This document shows, piece by piece, positions 1 to 10,493 of a DNA stretch of 64,000 bases; the first letter of the stretch is position 1; each line of letters opens with the position of its first letter. The notes beneath the pieces are model-generated. The model did no database searches. It saw only the letters and a list, made by a program, of their open reading frames with translations, and was not told the origin of the DNA. Position numbers and translations under genes: made by a program. This DNA is from an uncultured Desulfatitalea sp. (GTDB taxonomy: Bacteria > Desulfobacterota > Desulfobacteria > Desulfobacterales > Desulfosarcinaceae). The stretch spans positions 1,440,001 to 1,504,000 of the forward strand of contig CAXXMB010000001.1 in assembly GCA_963668675.2 (NCBI GenBank). Direction: 5' to 3'.

Positions 1-252
1 GCGTCCCGACCGGTGGTTGCGTTTGATGTCAGCAGCAACCGGGAAGTCGTCGAAAATGGCGTGACCGGCTTTCTTGTTCCCAGTGAAGATGCTGAGCGCT
101 TTTCGGAAAAAATTCTTCAACTAGCAAAAGACCCGGAGTTAAGGTCACGGATGGGGCACAATGGCCGATCCCGTGTTTACCGGATGTTCGACCAGAAAAA
201 ACAGCTTGGCAAGATTGAGAATTTCTTATGCAAAGATGTGCTTGGGCAATAG
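1..252 (+). CDS. Glycosyltransferase family 4, C-terminal part (5' truncated by window)
   Basis: Frame open from base 1; ASRPVVAFDVSSNREVVENGVTGFLVP...RMGHNGR matches the GT-B/GT4 C-terminal pattern. Confidence 0.85.
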   Translation, partial: ASRPVVAFDVSSNREVVENGVTGFLVPSEDAERFSEKILQLAKDPELRSRMGHNGRSRVYRMFDQKKQLGKIENFLCKDVLGQ

Positions 253-286
253 TATATTAGGAACACCCTCCCCCTGCCCATGCTCT

Positions 287-1189
287 TTAATCGCCATCCG
301 AATCGTTGACCGGCCTGTTCTTCCATCGCCGATGGACCCAAAGCCACTGCTCAGGATATTGGCGGATAATCTGTTCGAGTACACGATTGTACTGCTCGGT
401 ATTGACTTGAACATCCTTTTCTTTATATTCGGTACGAATCACCGGAACTTCAGGAAGAATGTGGACGACAAATCCATCACCAGATCGTACCAGGAAGGTG
501 GGAACGACCGGTGCGCCGATTTTCAACGCCAGCAGGGCCATCCCTTTGTTAGTGCACGCTTGGTGGCCGAAAAATCTTGCGAACACGCCGGCTGTCAAAC
601 CGGAGTCCTGATCGAGTAAAATTCCTACGGAGTTGCCTCGTCTCAGTGCATCGAGTACTTTTCGCATCGACTTTTTTTTGGGAATCGGATGCCCGCCGAA
701 ACGTTGTCGGTATTGGAGAAAAAACAGATCGGCAGGTTTAAAATCCAAAGGGCGATAGATCAAGCTGACATCGAACCCATTGGCAGTATAGCTTAGGGGC
801 AGCAACTCCCAGTTACCCATATGAAGCGTCAGAATCAAGGCGCCCTTGCCTTTAGCGTGTGCCCTGCGAAGATGCTCCAACCCAATTACTTCGCACCGGC
901 GCATGATCTCTTTCTCGCTCAATCGCAACGACCAACCGATCTCGAAAGGGATCCGGGTAATATTTCTGAACGACTGCTGTGCAATCTTTCTGATTTCGGC
1001 TTCGCTCTTCTCATCCGCATAGGCTCTGGCCAAATTGTCTAAAGCGACATTCCGATGGCGCCTGTCCAAAAGGTACCACAGATCCCCAAGCATATCTGAA
1101 AAGCGGATGGAGTGCCGCCAGGGGATCAGCCCTAAAAAATAGGCAAAACCATAAATAAAATGTGTGGCCGTTTTAATCAGAAGACTCAT
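287..1189 (-). CDS. lpxL: Lipid A late acyltransferase (LpxL/HtrB family)
   Basis: HMGNWE motif, LLDQD, C-terminal YPEQWLWVHRRWK. Confidence 0.9.
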   Translation of the reverse strand: MSLLIKTATHFIYGFAYFLGLIPWRHSIRFSDMLGDLWYLLDRRHRNVALDNLARAYADEKSEAEIRKIAQQSFRNITRIPFEIGWSLRLSEKEIMRRCEVIGLEHLRRAHAKGKGALILTLHMGNWELLPLSYTANGFDVSLIYRPLDFKPADLFFLQYRQRFGGHPIPKKKSMRKVLDALRRGNSVGILLDQDSGLTAGVFARFFGHQACTNKGMALLALKIGAPVVPTFLVRSGDGFVVHILPEVPVIRTEYKEKDVQVNTEQYNRVLEQIIRQYPEQWLWVHRRWKNRPVNDSDGD

Positions 1190-2003
1190 CGTTCAACGAT
1201 TTTTTGGAGTGCAAGCTCGATAGGTTGCTCGGTTTGTCGGATCCGAGCACGTCCAATTCGTAAAGCTTGGCCTCTTTAAGAAATGAGGAGAAAGAGGAGC
1301 TGACAGCAATGATAAAACCTTGCATACCATCCAGAAAACCTCTCTTGACCAGATACATTTCCACGAACGTACTGACAGGCTTAACCAACAATCGCCATAA
1401 ATGGTAGCGTCTACCCTTTGCGTAGCGGGTCATGGCGACGATACTTGAAAACTTATTAATTGTACTGACTTGGTCAGAGAGATCTCTCGCTGTAAAATGT
1501 ATCAGGTCTCCTTTTATGCGCACTCCCTTTCCTTTGAGGATTAGCTTATCATGAGGGTTTTCCCCACCCCAAGAAGCCATCCCCCTGCGCACTAGTCTGT
1601 ACCGAGCGTTGGGATACCAACCACTGTGGCGAATATAGCGTTTAAGATGATAAGTTAAACGTGGGAATTTAGCTCCCACAGCATCATGGCTTTGACTCAG
1701 GAACTCTTTGATGGAGCAGGATAATTCAGGACTAACACGCTCATCCGCATCGAGGCATAGAACCCAGTCTGTCGTACATAGCTCAAGAGCCCTGTTCTTT
1801 TGTTCAATATGGCCATCGAAAGGATGCTGGTAAAAACGGACTTTAGGATTTGAACGGCATACTTGTTCAGTTGAATCGGTGCTGAATGAGTCCAGAACAA
1901 TGATTTCGTCAACGAAATCGCTCAGAGAATCCAGGCAATCCTGGATATTCTCCTCTTCGTCGTATGTAATTATGGCAGCTGATAGTGTCGGCTTTGTCGT
2001 CAT
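1173..2003 (-). CDS. Glycosyltransferase family 2 (WaaE/KdtX-like LPS core glucosyltransferase)
   Basis: LSAAIITYDEE, VLDSFSTD, WVLCLDADE, KRGFLDGMQG; start placed at ATG 2003. Confidence 0.88.
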   Translation of the reverse strand: MTTKPTLSAAIITYDEEENIQDCLDSLSDFVDEIIVLDSFSTDSTEQVCRSNPKVRFYQHPFDGHIEQKNRALELCTTDWVLCLDADERVSPELSCSIKEFLSQSHDAVGAKFPRLTYHLKRYIRHSGWYPNARYRLVRRGMASWGGENPHDKLILKGKGVRIKGDLIHFTARDLSDQVSTINKFSSIVAMTRYAKGRRYHLWRLLVKPVSTFVEMYLVKRGFLDGMQGFIIAVSSSFSSFLKEAKLYELDVLGSDKPSNLSSLHSKKSLNDESSD

Positions 2004-2367
2004 CGATTTGACCTGGTTCAAGCAAATAACAAACAAGATTTCAACCTTTTTTTAAATAGTTACAAAAAATCAGAATATTTGTAAATACCCATTCCGTGCT
2101 CCCTCTTAGGAGCAACAACGCATTCCTTCAATACATTTTGAAGAAAGGGTTTTAGTTTGTTATGTTTGCACGCCGTGATCGGAAATAATAGATAGCCGAC
2201 GCCGAAAGAAAAAAACACTATGGATACAGGTTGAACCACCTTTTCACCGAAAATGGTAACAGAGAAACGATAGGGCGAGAAGAAAGTCGCCTGAAAAGCT
2301 GTTTATGATACGTATGATACGACGGATGAACTTGTTCTTGAAAATCATATAGACCAGGGGTTAAAAG

Positions 2368-3456
2368 ATGCGAGCTCTTTGTGTGACCAATTACAGTGAT
2401 CGACCCGAAGCGGAAACTTTCATAGGATTGAATCGCCTTGGGGTTGACGTTCATGTCCTATGCCCCGATTCAGCCCCCCATTTTGAACGATTTGTCAACG
2501 CCGGTGTTCCCGTGCACAACCTGAAGATCAATGGGCGCATGGATCTGAAGGCCATTCGAACCATCCGACAGTTCCTTATCGAGAAGAGAATCGACATCCT
2601 TCACATGTTCAACAACCGGGCGGTTTCAAACGGCCTCTTGGCCTCCCTGCAACTGCCTGTATCAACTATCGCTTATAGGGGAACCGTCGGCAACGTCAGC
2701 TACTTCGACCCGGGGTCGTGGATGACCTATCTGAACCCACGCGTCGATCGTATTGTGTGTGTCTCCGAAGCGGTTCGCCAATATTTTCTAAACTTGAATC
2801 TGCTGGGTCACCGGTTTCCGCCCCATAAGCCGGTGACGATCTATAAAGGACACAGCCTGGAGTGGTATCGAAGCGAACCTGTTGACCTTACCCAATTCGG
2901 CATCTCCCATGACGACTTCGTTGTGGGGTGTACAGCCAATTACAGGCCACATAAGGGACTGCACGTGCTTATCGAATCGCTCAACCTCCTGCCCGGTGAG
3001 TTGCCGATCCACCTTCTACTGATAGGTGATATGCAAGCGCCTAAGCTGCTAAAACTCATTCACCGACATCCAAAGTCGGATCGCATCCATCTTGCAGGAT
3101 ATCGTACTGACGCGCCGGCCCTTCAGGCGGCCTGTGATACGGTGGTGCTGCCCGCGCTGCGACGCGAAGGCTTGCCAAAAGTCATTATCGAGGCAATGGC
3201 CTATGGTGTCCCCCCCATCGTCACCGATTCAGGCGGTAGCCCGGAATTGATCGAAAACGGAGTGAGCGGAATCGTAGTAAAGCCGGGAGATGCTCAAGAG
3301 CTTGCTCGGGCAATACAAAACTTAGCTGAAGATCCGCAAGGCCGCAGAACCATGGGCAACAGCGCCAGGGAGAGAATTGCAGCAGATTTCAAAATCGAAA
3401 CGACCATACAGCAGACCCTGCGGCTATATGATAGTTGTCTAAAGTGTGCTGTTTGA
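2368..3456 (+). CDS. Glycosyltransferase family 4
   Basis: HKG motif and EGLPKVIIEAMAYGVP (E-x7-E). Confidence 0.9.
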   Translation: MRALCVTNYSDRPEAETFIGLNRLGVDVHVLCPDSAPHFERFVNAGVPVHNLKINGRMDLKAIRTIRQFLIEKRIDILHMFNNRAVSNGLLASLQLPVSTIAYRGTVGNVSYFDPGSWMTYLNPRVDRIVCVSEAVRQYFLNLNLLGHRFPPHKPVTIYKGHSLEWYRSEPVDLTQFGISHDDFVVGCTANYRPHKGLHVLIESLNLLPGELPIHLLLIGDMQAPKLLKLIHRHPKSDRIHLAGYRTDAPALQAACDTVVLPALRREGLPKVIIEAMAYGVPPIVTDSGGSPELIENGVSGIVVKPGDAQELARAIQNLAEDPQGRRTMGNSARERIAADFKIETTIQQTLRLYDSCLKCAV

Positions 3457-3852
3457 ATCGCCCCTTCCACCCTCAGGGTACAGTATAAAAAAGCCCACAT
3501 CTTCCGTTTTTCATTAGGGTTCAGGGCGGGTCGACGCTTCGAAGAGAACATAACGGACATTCCCGCAAAAGTGACTATCGCCGAATAAGGGTCTCCGGCA
3601 TGCATGGCCAGGTTGTTTAGCGTCGTAAAAATGGTGAAAAACTATGCGCTCTTCTCTCAACTGCGACCGATGTGTCTCTGCGAAAGGCCTGTGGTATAAA
3701 TCCACCTGAAAAACCTTGTTCTGGCATTAAAACGCTGCTAACCATCCCAAAAACACATATTGATCGTCATCGTGCAAATATACACAAAGTACGCCGGCCT
3801 TCAAGTCAGGCGATAGCTAACATAGAGCAACCTATAGGCAACTGCGAAACAG

Positions 3853-4890
3853 ATGAAAATCCTGCTGGTCCAGACAAGCTTTCTCGGTGATACAATCCTT
3901 TCAACACCGGTAATTTCTGCCATCAAATCGCTATATCCGGAAGCCGAATTGTGGATGATGACGACCCCCCTATCTGCGGATTTGGTAAAGGGGGATCCAC
4001 TGCTGAAGGGTGTCATTCCGCTGGATAAGCGGAAAAGCGACAGCGGTCTCATTGGAATGCTGAGCATGAGCCGCCGACTCAAATCGATGGCATTCGATCG
4101 CGCATACTCCCTGCACCGCTCCTACAGGACATCTCTGCTTTTGTGGCTGGCCCGCATACCGATGCGCATCGGATGTGCGGATGCAAAGGGACGATTTCTA
4201 TACCATCGCATTAAGAAACGCAATTTCGAGCAGCACGACGTCATTCGCAACATGTCGATTCTGGAGGGAGAGGTCGATCTTGATCCGGAGACAATACAGA
4301 TGAGGCTGTTTGCTCCAGGATGGCAGGCGATGGACAGCCGTTTGCGCCAAATCCTGCCGACACCCGGCAGCTATGCGGTCATGGCGCCCGGCAGTGCCTG
4401 GCGAACCAAGATGTGGCATTGGCAAGGGTTCAGAGCGGTTGCTGCCCACCTGTTGGAGCGGAACATCAAGGTCGTATTGCTCGGCGCCCTATCGGACCAA
4501 GCGGTGTGCGCCAAAGTCGCCAAAGATCTGCCCGTTATAGACCTTTCCGAAAAGACCCGCATTGCAGAGGCGATGACCATAGTCCAAAATGCACGGTTGA
4601 TGGTGTGCAACGACAGCATGTCCCTCCATATGGCCTCTGCGATGCACATTCCAACTGTGGTTGTTTTCTGCGCCACATCTCCGTCCTTCGGATACGGTCC
4701 GTGGAAAAATCGTGCGATTGTGATCGAACAAAAGAATCTGGACTGCAAACCTTGCCGGCGGCACGGGTCGGTTAAATGCCCCAACGGCACCGAGGCCTGC
4801 ATGCGGGGCCCCTCGCCGCAACTTGTGATTGAAGCCATTCATGCGCTGTTGAATGAAAAGAACTCTGACGATACTGCCGTAAAATTGTAA
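3853..4890 (+). CDS. waaF: LPS heptosyltransferase II-like (GT9)
   Basis: LGDTIL, APGSAWRTKMW, CNDSMSLHMA, C-terminal C-x2-C...C...CM. Confidence 0.8.
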   Translation: MKILLVQTSFLGDTILSTPVISAIKSLYPEAELWMMTTPLSADLVKGDPLLKGVIPLDKRKSDSGLIGMLSMSRRLKSMAFDRAYSLHRSYRTSLLLWLARIPMRIGCADAKGRFLYHRIKKRNFEQHDVIRNMSILEGEVDLDPETIQMRLFAPGWQAMDSRLRQILPTPGSYAVMAPGSAWRTKMWHWQGFRAVAAHLLERNIKVVLLGALSDQAVCAKVAKDLPVIDLSEKTRIAEAMTIVQNARLMVCNDSMSLHMASAMHIPTVVVFCATSPSFGYGPWKNRAIVIEQKNLDCKPCRRHGSVKCPNGTEACMRGPSPQLVIEAIHALLNEKNSDDTAVKL

Positions 4891-4930
4891 CGTCAAATAT
4901 AGGAACAGCGGTTTTAAGAGGTAAACCGGA

Positions 4931-5623
4931 TTGAACTCAACGCTACAATTTTCCCACAACGGTTTCACAGTGGGCAGCAGCTATCCGTTGACATCGAATC
5001 AGCTGGCACAAATGGTCGAGGTGTTTCAAACCCCGCCACAACCGGAAAATATACGGTTGGGAGGCAGAGTTTCGGTATGCCGAAAACAGCTTGAAGGCAT
5101 TGGGGCGGTAGTCGTCAAGCACTACCAAAGGGGTGGGTTGTTGGCGAACCTGATCACACGATACTACTTAAAGAGTGGAAAAACACGAAGTCAAATCGAA
5201 TTCGAAAATATGGAGCGTGTGCGGGCGATGGGTGTTAGGGTGCCGGAACCCGTTGCCTATGGGTACCGTGGTCGACTTTTCTACAGGGCCTGGCTGATCA
5301 CACGGGAAATAATGCACTCTCAAACCATGGTTGAATACAGCCTTGCCGAACCTACCAATCGTATTGCCAAAGCGATGGCCGCTCTTGACAATCAGATAAA
5401 CATCCTGGTGGAAAACCGAATCATGCATGCAGATTTTCACCCGGGAAACATTCTGATCGACAACAGGGAGCAGATCTATATCATCGATTTCGACAAGAGC
5501 GTTGTGGGCCGACACGATAGAGAAAACATAGCATTGCGCTACCGGAAGCGCTGGTGCAGGGCCGTGCAAAAGCATGGACTGCCTGAAAATCTGTGCACGT
5601 TAATGCAATCCAGAAAGGCATGA
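4931..5623 (+). CDS. kdkA: Kdo kinase / LPS kinase (KdkA/InaA family)
   Basis: VVKHYQRGGL, VPEPVA, HADFHPGNILI, IIDFDK; TTG start. Confidence 0.75.
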   Translation: MNSTLQFSHNGFTVGSSYPLTSNQLAQMVEVFQTPPQPENIRLGGRVSVCRKQLEGIGAVVVKHYQRGGLLANLITRYYLKSGKTRSQIEFENMERVRAMGVRVPEPVAYGYRGRLFYRAWLITREIMHSQTMVEYSLAEPTNRIAKAMAALDNQINILVENRIMHADFHPGNILIDNREQIYIIDFDKSVVGRHDRENIALRYRKRWCRAVQKHGLPENLCTLMQSRKA

Positions 5624-5708
5624 GCCGAAAGCGGCCGACGAAACAGAACCTCTCCCCGGGAAGTTGCACCTCTCCTCACACCTGAATACGCCAGCTGTTT
5701 AACCACCT

Positions 5709-6683
5709 TCACTGTTGTGCTTTTTCCAAACAGGAATTCAAGACAGCCAGAACGCTTTCAGGCCGAATGGCCTCCATGCAATGGGGCTTGGAGCACACTC
5801 TCCTGTTGCAGGGAGCACATGCGACCTTGGCACGGATGACCTTGCCCCGGAACGGCCCTGTGCGATGATGGTCTGAAGGGCCAAATAAAGCGACCACCTC
5901 TCTCCCCAATGCCACGGCCAGATGCATAGGGCCGGTATCGCATGTGACGACCACCGTTGCTGCATCGATGAGATCAATCAGTTCGGGAAGCGATGTCTTC
6001 CCAACCCGGTTGTGAATGTCTCTGCCGGCAAGGGACTGAATGGTATCGGCCATGGCGACATCCTCCGGCCCACCCGTTAACACACACGGCATGCCGAGCT
6101 GCTGCCGAACCATTTGAGCCAAACGGGCAAAGCCATCTACCGACCATCGATTGGCCGGTTTGGTTGCGCCGATATTCAGGACCACGTACGCTCCCGGAAG
6201 TTGCCTGGATCTGTGCTCTCCTTTTGGAATGCACCACTCGACCCGCTCAGTCTGTATGCCAAGATGACGGGCAAAGTCCAAATATTGGTGCACCATATGG
6301 GCTCTGGGATCGGATGCAGCAACTCTTTCGAACGGCAACAACCATGTCAGCTCCTTGCAACGCCGTCTATCGAATCCGATTTTGCGCTTTGCTTTTGCGG
6401 CAGCACACATGAGTCCCGACTTCAGAATCCGCTGAAGGTCAAGCACCAAATCAAACTGTTGTGATCTCACCCGCTGCAGCAAAGTCGGAAGGGCTGAAAC
6501 GCCCCCCTTTCGATCGAAACGAATCACATGATCGACCGCATCGTGATCGGCCAGGATCGGGTAGCTTAAGGGGGCCGTTATCCAGTGTATGCGTGCATCA
6601 AGCCGCTGTTTCAGCACAATGGCCAAAGGGAGGGTATTGATTACATCGCCCAATGCGCCCAATTTTACGATCAGGATATCCAT
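5709..6683 (-). CDS. LPS heptosyltransferase (GT9, WaaC-like)
   Basis: ILIVKLGALGDV, DLQRILKS, DTGPMHLA, LFGPS. Confidence 0.85.
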   Translation of the reverse strand: MDILIVKLGALGDVINTLPLAIVLKQRLDARIHWITAPLSYPILADHDAVDHVIRFDRKGGVSALPTLLQRVRSQQFDLVLDLQRILKSGLMCAAAKAKRKIGFDRRRCKELTWLLPFERVAASDPRAHMVHQYLDFARHLGIQTERVEWCIPKGEHRSRQLPGAYVVLNIGATKPANRWSVDGFARLAQMVRQQLGMPCVLTGGPEDVAMADTIQSLAGRDIHNRVGKTSLPELIDLIDAATVVVTCDTGPMHLAVALGREVVALFGPSDHHRTGPFRGKVIRAKVACAPCNRRVCSKPHCMEAIRPESVLAVLNSCLEKAQQ

Positions 6684-6689
6684 ATCTGC

Positions 6690-7886
6690 TCAGGCGCCTT
6701 TCGCATTGTCATCATCTGCGTTGATATCCAGCACTTCTTCTATCCGGTCGAGAACAAACCGCTGCCATCGCGCCTCATCTTTTCCGAAGTCAATTTCAAC
6801 CCCCATCACAATCAGATCGACAGGGATGGAGATCGTTGCAGGTAGTCGAACATAATCCTTATCAGTGGTCACCAACGCACGGCAACCGGCTTCATGGGCG
6901 CTTCGTACCACCGATTCGATATCCTTACGATCGTAGAAATGGTGATCGGGGAAATGCATAGTTCCCGCCACCTGGGCTCCCATCCGTTTGATGGCAGAGA
7001 AGAAAGCATCATTATTGGCCAAAGCGGAGAAGGCAAAGAGGTGCCTTCCGGCAATCGTTGCAGTGGAAGTGGTTGTGTTGTGATGTGACGAATCGATAGC
7101 ATGAATCGCTTTCTTGCACAAAGCCGGCAGGACAAAACGCTGAACGGTTTTATGGGTACTGTGAAAAACAGGTTTACGCGAGATGATGCGGGATAACTCA
7201 GGATTTGGACTGCTTCCGGTATGCCGGCTGCGTGTGAAGATGACAGCATCGGCACGCGCCAGAGCCGATATGGGTTCTCTCAACGGGCCACGGGGAAGTA
7301 AATGGCCGTTGCCGATCGGATCTTCCGCATCCATCAAGACCAGATTCAAATCCCTTCCTAAACGTTGGTGCTGGAAGGCGTCATCCAAGAGAATGAGATC
7401 GGGAGAAAAACGCCGGATACCCGCTGTCGCCGTTTCAAGCCTATTTTTTCCCACCATTACCGGTACCTTTCCGAGCAGACAAGCCATCAGGAAGGGTTCG
7501 TCGCCTGCATCGCGGGCACCACGCAACAACCTTTCTCCATCACTGACAATCGCCCCGGCTTTTTCTCCTTGGCTTTTATACCCCCTGCTCACAATCAGCA
7601 CTTTAAATCCAAGCGACGTCAACAATTTTGCCAAATGAACGGTCATAGGGGTTTTGCCTGTTCCGCCGGCCGTCAGATTTCCAATTGAGATCACCGGCCG
7701 ATCCACACATCCGACAGACAACCCTCCTCTGGCATAGAGCATATTTCGAGTTCCTATAGCGATGCCGTAGAGAAGTGACCCGCCATAGAGCAAAGTTGCC
7801 AGGGAAACAGCAGGGAAACGCCGATGAGCGGTGACTACCTCGGTGGCCTTCTCCTCCAGTTTTTGTAATTGACGATTCAGATTCAT
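6690..7886 (-). CDS. lpxK: Tetraacyldisaccharide 4'-kinase
   Basis: IGNLTAGGTGKTP, SRGY, GDEP, LDDAFQH, LLPRGPLRE, FPDHH, TTDKD. Confidence 0.95.
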   Translation of the reverse strand: MNLNRQLQKLEEKATEVVTAHRRFPAVSLATLLYGGSLLYGIAIGTRNMLYARGGLSVGCVDRPVISIGNLTAGGTGKTPMTVHLAKLLTSLGFKVLIVSRGYKSQGEKAGAIVSDGERLLRGARDAGDEPFLMACLLGKVPVMVGKNRLETATAGIRRFSPDLILLDDAFQHQRLGRDLNLVLMDAEDPIGNGHLLPRGPLREPISALARADAVIFTRSRHTGSSPNPELSRIISRKPVFHSTHKTVQRFVLPALCKKAIHAIDSSHHNTTTSTATIAGRHLFAFSALANNDAFFSAIKRMGAQVAGTMHFPDHHFYDRKDIESVVRSAHEAGCRALVTTDKDYVRLPATISIPVDLIVMGVEIDFGKDEARWQRFVLDRIEEVLDINADDDNAKGA

Positions 7887-7955
7887 TTATAACGCCATCT
7901 CGGCATGGTAAAAAGAATGAAGACAATGAATTTTGATCGGTGTCCTTATAGCATG

Positions 7956-9023
7956 TCAGTCGGCATTGATGAGAAGATACCCGGCTGCACAAACGGAGAT
8001 AAAATTGACTCCCCAGGCGGCGACCACAGGTGGCAGTTTTCCGGCATAACCCAGTGAGAGGCAAAAGCTAAACACGATCCAGTAAAGAAACGCAAGGCCC
8101 AAACCATAGACCACGCTTCCCGCCACAGCCTCCTTGATGGTGCCCCGGGCGGCCAGACCGGCGCCAATCAAGGTCATGATGAGAGAGATGACTGGAAATG
8201 CCACTTTGGCATGCCAATCCACACGGTAGTGGGTGGCGTCATACCCCTCCGACTCGACCTTTCTGATATACTTATAGAGCTGAGCGATATTCATTGCTTC
8301 GGGTTTGGGGGCTGCCTGAACGAGGTCCTCTGGCGCAAAGCCCAACTCGAACTCCATTTGTTCGAATGGTTGGATAGTGAACCGGTCGCTGCGTCTTTGT
8401 AAGAGCCCTTTGGTGAGTGTCCACTTCCCATCATTAAAGAGACCCGTTTTGGCATCGACACGCTCCATCAGTTTGAAATTCGTGTCAAAACGATGAATGG
8501 TAATACCTTTGGCCACCTGAGTGCCAGGCTCGAAATATTTCACATGCAGGATCGTGTCATCCCCTTTAAGCCAGATATCGCTGCGATGGACCGTGGCCGT
8601 TCGACGCCCCTTGACCTCTTCCAACCATATCCGATCCGCTTGTGAAATGGTGAGGGGCATCACCGCTTCTGCGATGAAAAAGACGAAAAAAGTAGCGGCG
8701 GCACCACATCCTATGATGGGCCCCATAAGCGATAAGAGGTTAACGCCGCTTGCCCGCATGGCCATAAGTTCATTGTTTTTCGCCATCAGACCAAATGTGA
8801 TGATGACGGCCAATAGGATGCCCACCGGCGTAATCTGGACCAATATCAGCGGAAGCTTGTAGATGAAGAACTGAAATGCACGATACAACGGAAGACCGGC
8901 CTCTATGAAATTATCGATCTTCTCGATGAAATCGACCGTCAAGTAGATGCCCGTAACGACCATCAATATGATGCCAAACGATTTGCCGATCTCTTTTGTA
9001 ATATAGCGTCCGAATATTGTCAT
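7956..9023 (-). CDS. lptG: LPS export ABC transporter permease LptG
   Basis: YjgP/YjgQ architecture (3 TM, periplasmic domain, 3 TM), NELMAMRASGV, LPPVVAAW; follows lptF. Confidence 0.9.
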   Translation of the reverse strand: MTIFGRYITKEIGKSFGIILMVVTGIYLTVDFIEKIDNFIEAGLPLYRAFQFFIYKLPLILVQITPVGILLAVIITFGLMAKNNELMAMRASGVNLLSLMGPIIGCGAAATFFVFFIAEAVMPLTISQADRIWLEEVKGRRTATVHRSDIWLKGDDTILHVKYFEPGTQVAKGITIHRFDTNFKLMERVDAKTGLFNDGKWTLTKGLLQRRSDRFTIQPFEQMEFELGFAPEDLVQAAPKPEAMNIAQLYKYIRKVESEGYDATHYRVDWHAKVAFPVISLIMTLIGAGLAARGTIKEAVAGSVVYGLGLAFLYWIVFSFCLSLGYAGKLPPVVAAWGVNFISVCAAGYLLINAD

Positions 9024-9075
9024 AACGTTTCGATATGGGTAGAACTGCCCCTGATAGGAGGTTCAATTGGAGACG

Positions 9076-10245
9076 TCACGGTTGAGGCCGTGAGAAACGC
9101 TGTCGCAACTCTTTGATAAATTTTGGCATATCTATTTGCAACAATGGCTTTTCATTATTCGCCCTCACAAGCAACATCAAACCAATGGCCAAAATAACGA
9201 TGTTGGGAGTCCACATCCCCACGGCCGGAGGGTAGATCCCGGATTCACCCAACACCCAACCAATGGACAACATGACATAATAGAGAAGGAAAAAGAAGAG
9301 CCCAAGCCCAATTCCATATGCCCTCTTTGAAGTACGCGCCCTTATCCCTAAGGGCATGGCCAGCACGGCCATGGCCAGACACGCACCCGGCAGGGAGAAC
9401 TTCCGATGCCACTCCTTAAGGGCCTTGTAGTAGTCACCGTCCTTTTTCTTGGAGGATCGGATCGTTTGCCGCAATTTGGACAAACTCATCTCCCGCACAT
9501 GCTCTTTGGCCTTATCGGAGGATTGCAAACTGCCGCTGGCATCCAACCTCAAATCATAGGTTTCAAATTGAATCTCGTTGGCCTGGTTTTGAGCCAGATC
9601 GACCTGATGAATCGCCCCATTGAAAAGCCTGAGGTTGGCCACCGCCTGTTCCGGATCGTATGTCAGCTGCCCTCTCGGAGCAAGGACCGTGCTTTTCAAC
9701 TTTTCGGACCGCCTGTCCTCAATAAAAACATCCGAAAGCTCCTTGGTATGCTTATCGATATCATTGATATAAATGACGACGCCTTTATACATGTCGATAA
9801 ATTGTCTGGGTTTAAGCCCCACTTCCACATGCGACGAGGCCACATCGTATAGAAGCCGCTTGGATGCTTTACGCCCGGCTGGCAGTGCGAAGATGCCCAT
9901 ATAGGCGGTGAGCAGTGCGCCGATCAACCCGAAAATCAATACCGGAGGGAGCAGACGATTAAGATGAACTCCGCTGGCTTTCAGGGCCACAATCTCCATA
10001 TCTCCGGACATTCTCAAGAAGGAGATCAAAACTGCGATCATGACCGACATTGGAATGGTGAATTGTAGAAAATAGGGTGTGGTGTAAAGCAGCAATAGAC
10101 CGACGGTCGACATACCGATCTGAAAATTGACAACATAGTTGGCAATATCGGGAAGCTGCATCATTAAAAAAACAAAAGAAAAGAAGGTTAGACTGATGCC
10201 AAACGGCGGCAAAAACTCTTTGAAAATATAGCGTTGAATAATCAT
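9076..10245 (-). CDS. lptF: LPS export ABC transporter permease LptF
   Basis: IQRYIFKE, EIVALKASG, YPPAVGMWTPN; start placed at 10245 because ATG 10281 lies inside the predicted -10 box. Confidence 0.9.
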   Translation of the reverse strand: MIIQRYIFKEFLPPFGISLTFFSFVFLMMQLPDIANYVVNFQIGMSTVGLLLLYTTPYFLQFTIPMSVMIAVLISFLRMSGDMEIVALKASGVHLNRLLPPVLIFGLIGALLTAYMGIFALPAGRKASKRLLYDVASSHVEVGLKPRQFIDMYKGVVIYINDIDKHTKELSDVFIEDRRSEKLKSTVLAPRGQLTYDPEQAVANLRLFNGAIHQVDLAQNQANEIQFETYDLRLDASGSLQSSDKAKEHVREMSLSKLRQTIRSSKKKDGDYYKALKEWHRKFSLPGACLAMAVLAMPLGIRARTSKRAYGIGLGLFFFLLYYVMLSIGWVLGESGIYPPAVGMWTPNIVILAIGLMLLVRANNEKPLLQIDMPKFIKELRQRFSRPQP

Positions 10246-10279
10246 AGGCACTCTATCTGATTGCAGTATTGGCCGAGCC

Positions 10280-10308
10280 ATCCTATGAACAGGAGAGCAT
10301 TATGTCAA
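10280..10308 (-). promoter_or_regulatory. Sigma70-type promoter for the lptF-lptG-lpxK-GT9 run
   Basis: TTGACA-17 nt-TAGGAT on the minus strand. Confidence 0.55.
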
Positions 10309-10357
10309 TTTTCAAATTGGCACCCTGTTCGACATGGCTTATAGAGAAAAGTTGGCC

Positions 10358-10386
10358 TTGACACAACCCATCAAATAGGTTAGCAA
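10358..10386 (+). promoter_or_regulatory. Possible sigma70 promoter for the lysS-lolED-bamA-lpx run
   Basis: TTGACA-17 nt-TAGCAA (weak -10), divergent from the lptF promoter. Confidence 0.35.
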
Positions 10387-10493
10387 TTTCTGTTTAATCG
10401 ATAAGTGAGATGGAGATAGAATCTCGAAATAACGGGTGCGATGTTTTCATACAAACATCGAATAGCCCGTTTTCTACATATAGAGGCGCTGAT

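Noticed and set aside
3457..3852. 400-bp gap in the LPS cluster as ncRNA or gene remnant
   Set aside because: No convincing stem, repeat or protein-like ORF found by eye
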